Positions 36,562-45,846 of a DNA stretch of 64,000 nt are shown here, piece after piece (position 1 is the first letter of the stretch; each line of letters starts with the position of its first letter). The DNA is taken from assembly GCA_017626845.1 (NCBI GenBank), contig JAGAHX010000009.1, positions 33,425 through 97,424 on the forward strand, in the 5' to 3' direction. The position numbers were made by a program, and so were the translations under genes. The DNA comes from Bacillota bacterium. GTDB taxonomy: Bacteria > Bacillota > Clostridia > Peptostreptococcales > Anaerovoracaceae. Under the pieces are notes generated by a model. That model searched no databases. It was not told where the DNA came from and worked only from the letters and a program-made list of their open reading frames with translations.

Positions 36562-37614
36562 TTACAGGTCGAAATAGGTATGCAGGTCCGCCGGCTTAAA
36601 CAGGCCCTTATCCGTGGCGATAGCCGTTACGTACTCCGGCGGGGTAATGTCGAAGGCGGGGTAGTAGCCCTTTACGCCGTCCTTCGTCAGCTTGATGTCC
36701 ATGGCGTGCAGCGTAAGCTCGGGATCGCGTTCCTCGATCGTGACGGAATCGATGGACGGATGAGCCGGATTGGGATTGCCGGCTGCGATATAGGGCACGC
36801 CGTAGTAGCGGCAGGCCAGCGCGATCTGAAAGGTGCCCACTTTGTTGACGATGTAGCCGTCGCAGGTTGTTACGTCCGCGGCGCTCGTAAACAGATCGAT
36901 GCCCTTCGTCTTCATGGTGTAGGCGGGCATGTTGTCGGAGATGACCGTCACGTCGAATCCCATCTCCACTGCGCAGCTGGCGGTGAGCCGCGCTCCCTGG
37001 AAATAGGGGCGGGTCTCGGCGCAGAACACCTTCACATCCTTGTTCTGCTCCCGGATCGCCCGCAGCACCATGGCGATATCGAGTTCTGCCCAGCACTGGG
37101 TGAGGATGGAGCCGCCGTCGGAGATCTGCTCTGCGATCAGACGGCCGATGGGGACGGACTTGGCGTAGCGTTTGTCCAGGTCTTCCAGAGCCTGCGCGCG
37201 GGCTGCGAGGGTCACTTCCGGGCCCTGCGCCCCTGCATCCATCGCATTCTTTGCCGCTTCCAGCACGCGTCCGGTGTACATCTGCATCTTGGCCGAAGTG
37301 GTGGGGCGGGCGTGGGAGAGGGTGTAGGAGGCCTTTTCCAGGTAAGTGACCCGTTTATCCCGGGTCATGCCTTCCGATTCGAAGCAGGCCAATACCACGG
37401 CCATGGAAGCCGCCGTATAGGGGCCGCCGCTCTGGGTGACCATATCCGCGATGGCCTTGGCCACTTCTTCGTGGCGTCTGCAGGTAACGAATTCGATGCG
37501 GATGGGGTAGATGCGCCGGTCCAGGATGCGGACCGCGCCGTCTTCGTACCAGGCCACGTTTTCGTACTGCATCAGAAAGCCGAGGCCTTCGTCGGGGCGT
37601 TTGTATTCTTTCAT
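36562..37614 (-). CDS. mtnA: S-methyl-5-thioribose-1-phosphate isomerase
   Basis: 350 aa in the eIF-2B alpha/beta/delta-like family. ETRPYFQGARLTA and GADVTTCDGYIVNKVGT-like motifs. Confidence 0.85.
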   Translation of the reverse strand: MKEYKRPDEGLGFLMQYENVAWYEDGAVRILDRRIYPIRIEFVTCRRHEEVAKAIADMVTQSGGPYTAASMAVVLACFESEGMTRDKRVTYLEKASYTLSHARPTTSAKMQMYTGRVLEAAKNAMDAGAQGPEVTLAARAQALEDLDKRYAKSVPIGRLIAEQISDGGSILTQCWAELDIAMVLRAIREQNKDVKVFCAETRPYFQGARLTASCAVEMGFDVTVISDNMPAYTMKTKGIDLFTSAADVTTCDGYIVNKVGTFQIALACRYYGVPYIAAGNPNPAHPSIDSVTIEERDPELTLHAMDIKLTKDGVKGYYPAFDITPPEYVTAIATDKGLFKPADLHTYFDL

Positions 37615-37670
37615 TGCTGTTTACCTCACTTTTGAACATTATATCGTACTAGAGTTTGATTGTTAAGTTA

Positions 37671-37699
37671 TTCCAAAACACAAGGGATTGTGCTATAAT
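37671..37699 (+). promoter_or_regulatory. Sigma-A promoter with extended -10 (TTCCAA-17 nt-TGcTATAAT) upstream of ftsK
   Basis: Hexamers at 37671-37676 and 37694-37699. Confidence 0.5.
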
Positions 37700-37741
37700 T
37701 TATTCTGTATGATTATGTTCTTTCTGAAAGGATCGAAATAA

Positions 37742-40618
37742 ATGGCAGAAACAAAGAAAACGAAAACAAGCACTTCCAAGACCTCTTCGGCAAAGCCCAA
37801 GAGCAAGTCTGCGGAGGAAAAGCAGAAGATCAAGGAAAAGGAACTGGCAGAAGCCGAAAAGCTGCATAAGAGCAAGCGGCTCCACGACGAGATCTGGGCC
37901 ATCGTCATCATTGCGTTAGGCGTGCTGGTGGTGCTCAGTCTTCACACCAATCTGATCGGCGCCCTGGGTCACGTAACGAAGGCCGTCATGTTCGGCATCT
38001 TCGGCCGGGTCTCCTACATCCTGGCGTATTTCCTCATCCTTTACGGTATCCTGATCTTCCTGAATAAGACCAGCTACCTGACGGTGCGGTCGCTCCTGTG
38101 CCTGCTGGCGCTGTTTATCTGCGTCTGCGTGTTCAACGCGTCGCTGTATGACGGCCTGGGCACGGAGCTGAGCGGAGACCTCATCCGCGAAGCCTATAAG
38201 TCCGAGACCATGAACATCGGCGTCTTCGGCGCCGTAGCCGGCACGCTGCTCAACAAGCTGGCGGGCCTCGTCGGCATGCGCATCATCGCGATCTGCGGCA
38301 TCGTCATCACGCTGATGTTCATCATCGACACGCCGATCTCCGTGTTCTTCGACAACATGAAGATTAAGCGGGCTGCCGTCCGGAACACCCGCCAGGCGCA
38401 GAAAGCGGCAAACGAACTCATCCTCGAACGGGAACGGGAGAGAAAAGAAGAGGAGCACCAGCTGGCCATGGAGGAGATGGCGAAGCAGAGAGAAGCTGCC
38501 GCCAAGAAGTCCAACGCCGCGGAATATACGCAGGGGGATGTGCATCCTACTTCCGGAGAATCCCTGAAAACCACGATGCCCGTGCCTGCGGTCATCGAGC
38601 CGGAACCCGAACCCATCCCGGAGCCCGAGCCGGAGCTGCCCGTGTTCAACCCGAGCTTTACGCCGGAATCCATCGGCCGCAAGTCTGCCGACAACCCGGA
38701 GGCAGCGGTGACCAGCGGACAGAAGCAGATCCTGGACTACATGAACGACGACACGCTGTTCGGCCAGGACGGTCCCATCAAGGAAGGCTATGGATTGAAC
38801 GGGGAACGGCCTGCAAAAGCAGACGAACCGGAATACACCGGATCTTTCATCCCACAGGAGATCTCTCACGAAGAACCAGCAGCTGCCGTAAAACCGGCCC
38901 GCACCGTGGTGCAGACCGCAGCGGAAGCCGCGGCGCCGCCCTTGCTGAAGCGCCCCGCCAAACAGGAAGCGCAGAAGCACGGCGCCATGGAAAAGGACCC
39001 GAAGACGGGCCTTTCGGCCAGCCAGACAGCTGCACCTGCTGCTCCGGCAGCCCCTCCGGTACCGGTCTATAAACTGCCGCCCCTGGATCTGCTGCATAAG
39101 CCGGCTGCGCAGAAAGAATCGAACGACGGCGCTGCCATCCAGGAACTCGCGCGTGTCTTGGAAGAGACGCTGGCATCCTTCGGCGTTTCCGCCACCGTAG
39201 AAAACATGATCAAAGGACCCACGGTCACCCGGTTCGAAGTCAAGCCGGCTCCCGGGGTCAAGATCTCCCGCATCGTATCCCTGCAGGACGACTTAGCCCT
39301 CAACCTGAGAGCGAAGTCCCTGCGTATCGAGGCCCCGATCCCCGGCAAGGCCGCCGTCGGCATCGAGATCTCCAACGATAAGTCCAGCCCGGTGCTGCTG
39401 CGCGAAGTCCTGGAGTCCAAGGAGTTCCAGAACGCGAAGTCCAAGATCTCCGTGGGCCTGGGCAAGAACGTCGGCGGCGACTGCATCGTAGCGGACCTTA
39501 AGAAGATGCCGCACCTGCTGATCGCAGGCACCACCGGCTCCGGCAAATCCGTCTGCCAGAACTCCATGATCCTCAGCATGCTGTACAAGGCAACACCGGA
39601 CGAAGTCAAGCTCATCCTGATCGACCCGAAATCCGTCGAACTCAGCGGCTATAAGGGCATTCCGCATCTGCTCATCCCCGTGGTGACCAAGCCGGATAAG
39701 GCCTCCGCCGCGCTGGGCTGGGCCGTGGGCGAGATGGAAGAGCGCTACAACAAGTTTATGGAAGAAAGCGTTCGCGACCTGGAGAGCTACAACGAGACTG
39801 TCCGGGCCAACGGCGAAGATTATAAGGTGATGCCCCAGATCGTCATCATCATCGACGAGCTGGCAGACCTCATCATGACCGCCCAGAACTCCGTGGAAGA
39901 TTCCATCTGCCGCCTGGCGCAGAAAGCCAGAGCAGCAGGCATCCACATGGTCATCGCGACACAGCGTCCGTCCACGGACATCCTGACGGGCGTCATCAAG
40001 GCAAACGTGCCGAGCCGCATCGCGCTGTCCGTCTCCAATGGCATCGACTCCCGCGTCATCCTGGACATGACCGGCGCCGAAAAACTGCTGGGCCACGGCG
40101 ACATGCTCTATTATCCTCAGGGCATGGCCAAACCGGAGCGCGTGCAGGGCTGCTGGGTCTCCGACGAGGAGATCAAGGCCGTCATCGACTACCTGGTCGA
40201 ACAGGACAAGGCTCTGAAGGCGGCAAAGGAAACCGCGGAAGAGGGCACGACAGTCGAACCGAACGCCTTCCAGTATAACAGCGAAGACATCCTGAAGGCG
40301 ATGGAAAGAAGCGCATCGGCCTCCGGAAACGGTTCCGGCAGCAAGGATGACCCGGGCAGCGAGGAAGACGACCTGCTGGCCGGCGCCATCGAATGCGTGG
40401 TAAGAGCCGAACAGGCCAGCGTCTCCATGCTGCAGCGGCGTTTCCGCATCGGCTACAACCGGGCGGCCCGCCTTATCGATATGATGGAAGAGCGGGGCAT
40501 CGTAGGCCCTGCGGACGGCTCCAGACCCCGCAAGGTGCTGCTGTCCGTCGAACAATTCGAACAACTGGAGAGCGAGAGCGCACCGGAAGACGACGGTGTG
40601 CCCGAAGAGATATTCTAA
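37742..40618 (+). CDS. ftsK: DNA translocase FtsK/SpoIIIE
   Basis: N-terminal TM helices, a long linker, motor domain with Walker A GTTGSGKS and IIIDELADL, and a C-terminal gamma winged helix (MLQRRFRIGYNRAARLID). Confidence 0.95.
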   Translation: MAETKKTKTSTSKTSSAKPKSKSAEEKQKIKEKELAEAEKLHKSKRLHDEIWAIVIIALGVLVVLSLHTNLIGALGHVTKAVMFGIFGRVSYILAYFLILYGILIFLNKTSYLTVRSLLCLLALFICVCVFNASLYDGLGTELSGDLIREAYKSETMNIGVFGAVAGTLLNKLAGLVGMRIIAICGIVITLMFIIDTPISVFFDNMKIKRAAVRNTRQAQKAANELILERERERKEEEHQLAMEEMAKQREAAAKKSNAAEYTQGDVHPTSGESLKTTMPVPAVIEPEPEPIPEPEPELPVFNPSFTPESIGRKSADNPEAAVTSGQKQILDYMNDDTLFGQDGPIKEGYGLNGERPAKADEPEYTGSFIPQEISHEEPAAAVKPARTVVQTAAEAAAPPLLKRPAKQEAQKHGAMEKDPKTGLSASQTAAPAAPAAPPVPVYKLPPLDLLHKPAAQKESNDGAAIQELARVLEETLASFGVSATVENMIKGPTVTRFEVKPAPGVKISRIVSLQDDLALNLRAKSLRIEAPIPGKAAVGIEISNDKSSPVLLREVLESKEFQNAKSKISVGLGKNVGGDCIVADLKKMPHLLIAGTTGSGKSVCQNSMILSMLYKATPDEVKLILIDPKSVELSGYKGIPHLLIPVVTKPDKASAALGWAVGEMEERYNKFMEESVRDLESYNETVRANGEDYKVMPQIVIIIDELADLIMTAQNSVEDSICRLAQKARAAGIHMVIATQRPSTDILTGVIKANVPSRIALSVSNGIDSRVILDMTGAEKLLGHGDMLYYPQGMAKPERVQGCWVSDEEIKAVIDYLVEQDKALKAAKETAEEGTTVEPNAFQYNSEDILKAMERSASASGNGSGSKDDPGSEEDDLLAGAIECVVRAEQASVSMLQRRFRIGYNRAARLIDMMEERGIVGPADGSRPRKVLLSVEQFEQLESESAPEDDGVPEEIF

Positions 40619-41932
40619 ATGAAAGTATTTATCAAAACCTTAGGCTGCGAAAAGAATACGGTGGACTCCGAGAACGCGCTGGCGCTTCTGGACGAAGCAG
40701 GCGTATCCGAAACGGATGACCCCTCCAAAGCGGACATCCTGATGGTGAACACCTGCGGCTTTATCCACGACGCCAAGGAGCAGTCCATCGAGACGATCTT
40801 CGACCTTGTCCGGGAGAAGAAGGAAGGGCAGAAGCTGATCGTCTCCGGCTGCCTGTCCCAGCGCTACGCGAAGGAACTGGCCAAGGAAATGCCGGAGGTG
40901 GACGTGTTCTTAGGGGTCAACGATTACCCGGTCCTGAAGGACATCGTCCGGGATCTGAACGATACCCGCATCGCCGCAAATCCCGCGGCGAAAACCTACG
41001 AGGAGCTTCCGCGGAAGTTCTCCGGCGGCGTTTCCGCGTCCATCAAGATCGCGGAGGGCTGCAACAACATCTGCACCTACTGCGCCATCCCGTTTATCCG
41101 GGGCCGCTACCGCAGCAGAAAGCCGGAAGCCATTCTGGCAGAAGCGAGACAGCTGGCAAAAGAGGGCGTGCAGGAACTGGTCGTGATCGCGCAGGACGTG
41201 ACGGGCTACGGCAGGGATCTGAAGACAGACTATCTGCTGCCGCAGCTGTTACACGATCTGTGCCGTATCGACGGATTCCGGTGGATCCGCCTGATGTATT
41301 GCTACGAAGATGAGATAACCCCGGATCTGATCGAAGCCATCAAGACCGAGCTGAAGATCTGCCACTACCTGGATATTCCCATCCAGCACAGCGTGGACCG
41401 GGTTCTCAAGGCCATGAACCGCAAATCCACGGAAGCGAGCATTCGGGCGACGATAAACGAATTACGTAAACAAATACCGGATATCGTCATCCGCACGACA
41501 CTCATCACCGGATTCCCCGGCGAAACGAAGGAAGAGTTCGAGCAGCTGATGGATTTCGTGGAAGAGATGAAGTTCGACCGGCTGGGTGTGTTCCCGTATT
41601 CCAAGGAAGAGGGAACGGCTGCCGCGAAGATGGACCATCAGGTGAGAAGCGACGTTAAGCAGCGCCGGGCCGATAAGATCATGGCGCTGCAGCAGAAGAT
41701 CTCGCTGGAGAACAACCAGAAATATGTCGGACAGACCATGGAAGTGCTGATGGAAGAAGTCTTCGAAGACGGATCCTACAGCGGCCGCACAAGATATGAC
41801 GCGCCGGAGATCGACGACGGCGTGCTGTTTACGGGCCCTGCGGGGCTTTCGCCCGGCACCTTTGTCCGGGTCAAGATAACCGACGCATTCGATTACGATT
41901 TATCGGGAGAGTATTATGAACCTGCCAAATAA
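40619..41932 (+). CDS. rimO: Ribosomal protein S12 methylthiotransferase RimO
   Basis: N-terminal TLGCEKN, radical-SAM CNNICTYCAIP and a C-terminal TRAM domain. Confidence 0.85.
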   Translation: MKVFIKTLGCEKNTVDSENALALLDEAGVSETDDPSKADILMVNTCGFIHDAKEQSIETIFDLVREKKEGQKLIVSGCLSQRYAKELAKEMPEVDVFLGVNDYPVLKDIVRDLNDTRIAANPAAKTYEELPRKFSGGVSASIKIAEGCNNICTYCAIPFIRGRYRSRKPEAILAEARQLAKEGVQELVVIAQDVTGYGRDLKTDYLLPQLLHDLCRIDGFRWIRLMYCYEDEITPDLIEAIKTELKICHYLDIPIQHSVDRVLKAMNRKSTEASIRATINELRKQIPDIVIRTTLITGFPGETKEEFEQLMDFVEEMKFDRLGVFPYSKEEGTAAAKMDHQVRSDVKQRRADKIMALQQKISLENNQKYVGQTMEVLMEEVFEDGSYSGRTRYDAPEIDDGVLFTGPAGLSPGTFVRVKITDAFDYDLSGEYYEPAK

Positions 41933-42437
41933 ACTGACGCTGGCGCGCATCATCGCCGTACCTGTTTTCGTTGTTCTGTACATGAAGGGCCTGTTTATCC
42001 CGGCCTTCATCATCTTCATCCTGGCATCTCTGACGGACATGCTGGACGGCAAGATCGCAAGAAAGTATAACCTGATCACCAACTTCGGCAAGATCATGGA
42101 TCCGCTGGCGGACAAGATCCTGGTGTATTCCGCCTTCTGCCTGATGGTGGAGGACGGCGCCGTGCCTTCCTGGATGCTCATCATCATCCTGCTGCGGGAA
42201 TTCGCCGTATCCGGCATGCGCACCGTGGCTGCGGCAAACGGCATCGTCATCGCGGCCGGCATGAGCGGCAAGATCAAGACCGTGCTGCAGATGATCGCCG
42301 TACCTCTGCTGATCCTGCGCAGCGTCCATCCGGTGCTGAACATACTGGCTACCGTCTTCCTGTGGGCCAGCCTCGTGATGACCGTGTACAGCGGCATCGA
42401 ATACATCGTACAGAACAAGCAGGTATTTAAGGAATAA
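41916..42437 (+). CDS. pgsA: CDP-diacylglycerol-glycerol-3-phosphate 3-phosphatidyltransferase
   Basis: NLPNKLTLARI and the DMLDGKIAR...DPLADK CDP-alcohol phosphatidyltransferase motif. Confidence 0.9.
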   Translation: MNLPNKLTLARIIAVPVFVVLYMKGLFIPAFIIFILASLTDMLDGKIARKYNLITNFGKIMDPLADKILVYSAFCLMVEDGAVPSWMLIIILLREFAVSGMRTVAAANGIVIAAGMSGKIKTVLQMIAVPLLILRSVHPVLNILATVFLWASLVMTVYSGIEYIVQNKQVFKE

Positions 42438-42439
42438 TC

Positions 42440-43681
42440 ATGAAAAGCGCCATTCTTACCGTAGGGACCGAGATCCTGTTCGGTTCCATCCTCAATACGA
42501 ACGCACAATACTTAAGCGAGCAGCTGCGCCTGATCGGCCACGACGTGATGTACCACTTCACCGTGGGGGACAATCCCGGCCGTCTGAAGGACCTGCTGGC
42601 CTATGCCTATCACGACTGCGACCTCGTCATTACGACGGGAGGTCTCGGACCCACCGAAGACGACCTCACCAAGGAGATGATCGCTTCCTATTTCGGCGAG
42701 ACGATCGTGGAATTTCCGGAGCAGACGAAGATCCTCAAAGAGCATTTCGAAAAGCGGCATTCCGTCTTTACCGAGAACAATCTGAAGCAGGCGTGCTTCC
42801 CCGAGCATGCGCAGATCCTGGAGAATCCCAACGGGACGGCTCCGGGTTTTCTGCTGGAACAGGACGGCAAGATGATCGTCTCCATGCCGGGACCGCCCCG
42901 GGAGATGAAGCCCATGTTCGAAAATCTGGTAAAGCCGGAGCTTCTTCGCAGGGCCGATGCCGTCATCTACTACCGGAATCTGCGTACGACGGAGATCGGA
43001 GAATCCCGTCTGGAGACCGAACTGATGGATCTGATCGACGGTCAGACCGATCCGACGCTGGCGACCTATGCCGGCGAAGGGGAATGCACGCTGCGCATCG
43101 CATCCAAGCGCAAGACCCGGGCGGAAGCCATCGATGCTGTGGACGACATGATGATGCAGGTCCTGGAGCGGGTAGGGAACTACGTCTTCTCTGTGGACGA
43201 CGAAGACCTGGAGGACGTGGTCCTGGACCGTCTGCACATGGACATGATCTCTCTGGCGGCAGCCGAATCCATCACCGGCGGCATGTTTGCTGCCAGGGTC
43301 ACCGACAAGCCGGGCGTGTCGGCCTTTTTCGACCGCTCCTGCGTCACCTACAGCAACCGCGCGAAGATGGAGCTTCTGGGCGTCTATAAGTCCACGCTGG
43401 ACAAGTACGGCGCCATCAGCCCAGAATGCGCCGCTGAGATGGCGGAAGGGCTGCACAAGAAGTCCAAATGCGACCTGTGCGTTGCCGTAACGGGCAATGC
43501 GGGGCCCAATCCCGACGAGGGGAAGGAAGTGGGCCGCTATTACATCGGCGTCTGGTACAAGGGCGAAGTGACCGTGTCCGAGCACTTCCGGCAGGGTGAC
43601 CGCGGCAGGATCCGCAGAGATGCCTGCTTCAACATGTTCAAGCAGATCTATAAAGTTCTCTTCAACAAATCGTTGACATAG
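42440..43681 (+). CDS. cinA: CinA-family competence/damage-inducible protein (NMN deamidase domain)
   Basis: N-terminal MoCF-binding domain (VGTEILFGSILNTNAQYL...TTGGLGPTEDD), C-terminal CinA domain (ESITGG), and position upstream of recA. Confidence 0.9.
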   Translation: MKSAILTVGTEILFGSILNTNAQYLSEQLRLIGHDVMYHFTVGDNPGRLKDLLAYAYHDCDLVITTGGLGPTEDDLTKEMIASYFGETIVEFPEQTKILKEHFEKRHSVFTENNLKQACFPEHAQILENPNGTAPGFLLEQDGKMIVSMPGPPREMKPMFENLVKPELLRRADAVIYYRNLRTTEIGESRLETELMDLIDGQTDPTLATYAGEGECTLRIASKRKTRAEAIDAVDDMMMQVLERVGNYVFSVDDEDLEDVVLDRLHMDMISLAAAESITGGMFAARVTDKPGVSAFFDRSCVTYSNRAKMELLGVYKSTLDKYGAISPECAAEMAEGLHKKSKCDLCVAVTGNAGPNPDEGKEVGRYYIGVWYKGEVTVSEHFRQGDRGRIRRDACFNMFKQIYKVLFNKSLT

Positions 43682-43755
43682 ATACCATTATTTGGTAGAC
43701 TTCTTTTGATCAAAAATGCTTGACCGCGGAGCATTTTGGGTCTAATATAGAACCA

Positions 43756-43769
43756 CGAACAAATGTTCT
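43756..43769. promoter_or_regulatory. LexA (SOS / Cheo) box upstream of recA
   Basis: CGAACAAATGTTCT matches the Gram-positive consensus CGAAC-N4-GTTCG at 12 of 14 positions, 23 nt upstream of the recA start. Confidence 0.75.
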
Positions 43770-43791
43770 CTCTTTTGTAAGGAGGAATTTC

Positions 43792-44868
43792 ATGGCAACG
43801 AACGTCAATAAATCCGATCGGGATAAAGCGCTGGAAGCGGCGATCGCACAGATCGACAAGCGTTTCGGTAAAGGCTCCATCATGTCTTTGGGAGACGACA
43901 GCGCAAGATTAAATATCGAAGCGATCCCCACGGGATCCATCAGTCTGGACATCGCCTGCGGCGTAGGCGGCGTACCCAAGGGAAGGATCATCGAGATCTA
44001 CGGACCGGAGTCTTCCGGTAAGACCACGCTGGCGCTGCACGTTATCGCAGAAGCCCAGAAGCAGGGCGGCAAGGCTGCGTTCATCGATGCCGAGCACGCG
44101 CTCGATCCCATCTATGCGAAGGGCATCGGCGTAGACATCGACGACCTGCTGGTATCTCAGCCGGATACCGGCGAAGATGCGCTGGAGATCTGCGAGATGC
44201 TGGTCCGTTCCGGTGCCATCGCCGTCGTTGTTATCGACTCCGTGGCTGCGTTGGTCCCCAAGGCCGAGATCCAGGGCGACATGGGCGATTCTCACGTCGG
44301 TCTGCAGGCAAGACTCATGTCCCAGGCTTTAAGAAAGCTCACGGGCGTCATCAATAAGACCAACACCACCTGCATCTTCATCAATCAGTTAAGAGAAAAA
44401 GTGGGCGTCATGTTCGGCAACCCCGAGACGACCACCGGCGGAAGAGCGCTCAAGTTCTACAGCTCCGTGCGTCTGGATGTGCGCCGCATAGAATCCATCA
44501 AGGTGGGTGACGCCATCGTGGGCAACCGCACCCGCGTAAAGGTCGTCAAGAACAAGGTAGCGCCTCCGTTCAAGATGACGGAATTCGACATCATGTACGG
44601 CAAGGGCATCTCCCGTGCGGGGGACGTGCTCGACTGCTCCGTGGAAGCGGGGCTGCTGGAAAAGAGTGGCGCCTGGTACAGCTACGCTGGCGAACGCATC
44701 GGACAGGGCAGGGAGAACGTCAAGAACTATCTGGACGAACATCCCGAACTCATGGCCAAGCTGGAAGAGCAGATCCGCGCCAAATACGTGGCGAAGAAGG
44801 ACGACACGCTCGTGGACGATTCCGATTCCATCAAAGTCGATGCGGACGGCGTCGTCATCGAAGAATAA
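43792..44868 (+). CDS. recA: Recombinase RecA
   Basis: ATG 43792 follows [24 protein letters not shown], Walker [10 protein letters not shown], 358 aa. Confidence 0.97.
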   Translation: MATNVNKSDRDKALEAAIAQIDKRFGKGSIMSLGDDSARLNIEAIPTGSISLDIACGVGGVPKGRIIEIYGPESSGKTTLALHVIAEAQKQGGKAAFIDAEHALDPIYAKGIGVDIDDLLVSQPDTGEDALEICEMLVRSGAIAVVVIDSVAALVPKAEIQGDMGDSHVGLQARLMSQALRKLTGVINKTNTTCIFINQLREKVGVMFGNPETTTGGRALKFYSSVRLDVRRIESIKVGDAIVGNRTRVKVVKNKVAPPFKMTEFDIMYGKGISRAGDVLDCSVEAGLLEKSGAWYSYAGERIGQGRENVKNYLDEHPELMAKLEEQIRAKYVAKKDDTLVDDSDSIKVDADGVVIEE

Positions 44869-44894
44869 ATTTCCGAAAAGGGCGAAAATCTTTC

Positions 44895-44923
44895 TTGACA
44901 CTGCATCCGCAAACCTTTATACT
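44895..44923 (+). promoter_or_regulatory. Sigma-A promoter (TTGACA-17 nt-TATACT) for the rplU-rpmA operon
   Basis: Consensus -35 at 44895-44900 and near-consensus -10 at 44918-44923. Confidence 0.65.
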
Positions 44924-44929
44924 ATTTGC

Positions 44930-45005
44930 GTTGCCGCTCTGAACGGGTACTTTTCAAGTGTCTGAAAAAGACCACCCCCGATGGCGAGACCGGATAGAGG
45001 AGGTA
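44930..45005 (+). ncRNA. Possible L21 ribosomal-protein leader
   Basis: An untranslated leader of about 80 nt lies between the promoter and the rplU RBS. Firmicutes commonly carry a structured L21 leader here. Structure was not verified. Confidence 0.3.
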
Positions 45006-45012
45006 AAATATC

Positions 45013-45507
45013 ATGTATGCAGTAGTAGTTACCGGAGGAAAGCAATACCGCGTTTGCCCCGGAGACAAGATCCGTGTTGAAAAGCTCAACGCAGAAGCCG
45101 GAAGTTCCGTATGCCTGGACAAGGTCCTGGTTCTCGGAGGAGAAGGCGAGACCATGGTCGGCGCACCCTATGTGGAAGGCGCTGCCGTAGAAGCCGAAGT
45201 CGTTTCCAACGGCAAGGCAGACAAGGTCATCATTTTCAAGTATAAGGCCAAGAAGGACTATCGCAAGAAGCAGGGTCACAGACAGCCCTACACCGAGCTG
45301 AAGATCAATGGCATCTCTGTAAACGGCGAAGTCAAGGCGAAGGCTGAGGAAGCTCCCAAGGCAGAAGCAGCGGAAGCTCCCGTAGACCTGAAGTCCATGA
45401 AGAAGGCCGAGCTGGCTGAATTCGCAGCCGCAAAGGGCATCGAAGTGGATTCCAAGCTCAAGAAGGAAGAAATGATCGCAGCGATCGAAGCCGCGCTCAA
45501 CAAGTAG
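45013..45507 (+). CDS. rplU: 50S ribosomal protein L21 with a C-terminal extension of about 60 aa
   Basis: [14 protein letters not shown]...[10 protein letters not shown] is the canonical L21 core of about 103 aa. A Lys/Ala/Glu-rich tail follows. Confidence 0.9.
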   Translation: MYAVVVTGGKQYRVCPGDKIRVEKLNAEAGSSVCLDKVLVLGGEGETMVGAPYVEGAAVEAEVVSNGKADKVIIFKYKAKKDYRKKQGHRQPYTELKINGISVNGEVKAKAEEAPKAEAAEAPVDLKSMKKAELAEFAAAKGIEVDSKLKKEEMIAAIEAALNK

Positions 45508-45531
45508 TCAAGGGATCGGAGGTAAAAACTT

Positions 45532-45792
45532 ATGGCAAGTAAAAAAGGTGTAGGCAGCTCTAAGAACGGCCGCGATTCCGAGGCGAAACGTCTTGGAGTC
45601 AAGAGAGCAGACGGTCAGTTCGTCAGCGCAGGAACGATCCTCGTTCGCCAGAGAGGAACCAAGATCCACCCGGGCAACAACGTAGGCATCGGCGGAGACG
45701 ATACCCTGTTCGCAAAGCAGGACAGCGTCGTCAAGTTCGAGAGAAAAGACAAGACCCGCAAGCAGGTCAGCGTTTATTCTCAGGAAGCATAG
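45532..45792 (+). CDS. rpmA: 50S ribosomal protein L27 (no N-terminal propeptide)
   Basis: [24 protein letters not shown] aligns from residue 1 with mature L27. Confidence 0.95.
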   Translation: MASKKGVGSSKNGRDSEAKRLGVKRADGQFVSAGTILVRQRGTKIHPGNNVGIGGDDTLFAKQDSVVKFERKDKTRKQVSVYSQEA

Positions 45793-45799
45793 TTCTCAC

Positions 45800-45832
45800 A
45801 GGCCTCTGGCAATTCCAGAGGCCTTGCTTTTT
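45800..45832 (+). terminator. Terminator or attenuator hairpin between rpmA and obg
   Basis: AGGCCTCTGG-CAATT-CCAGAGGCCT (10-bp stem) followed by TGCTTTTT. Confidence 0.7.
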
Positions 45833-45846
45833 CTCAGGGTGAACTC

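Noticed and set aside
37615-37741. SAM or other riboswitch in the mtnA leader (minus strand).
   Set aside because: The leader is too short (about 80 nt) and AT-rich, and lacks recognisable SAM-I motifs. It is better explained as a divergent promoter region.
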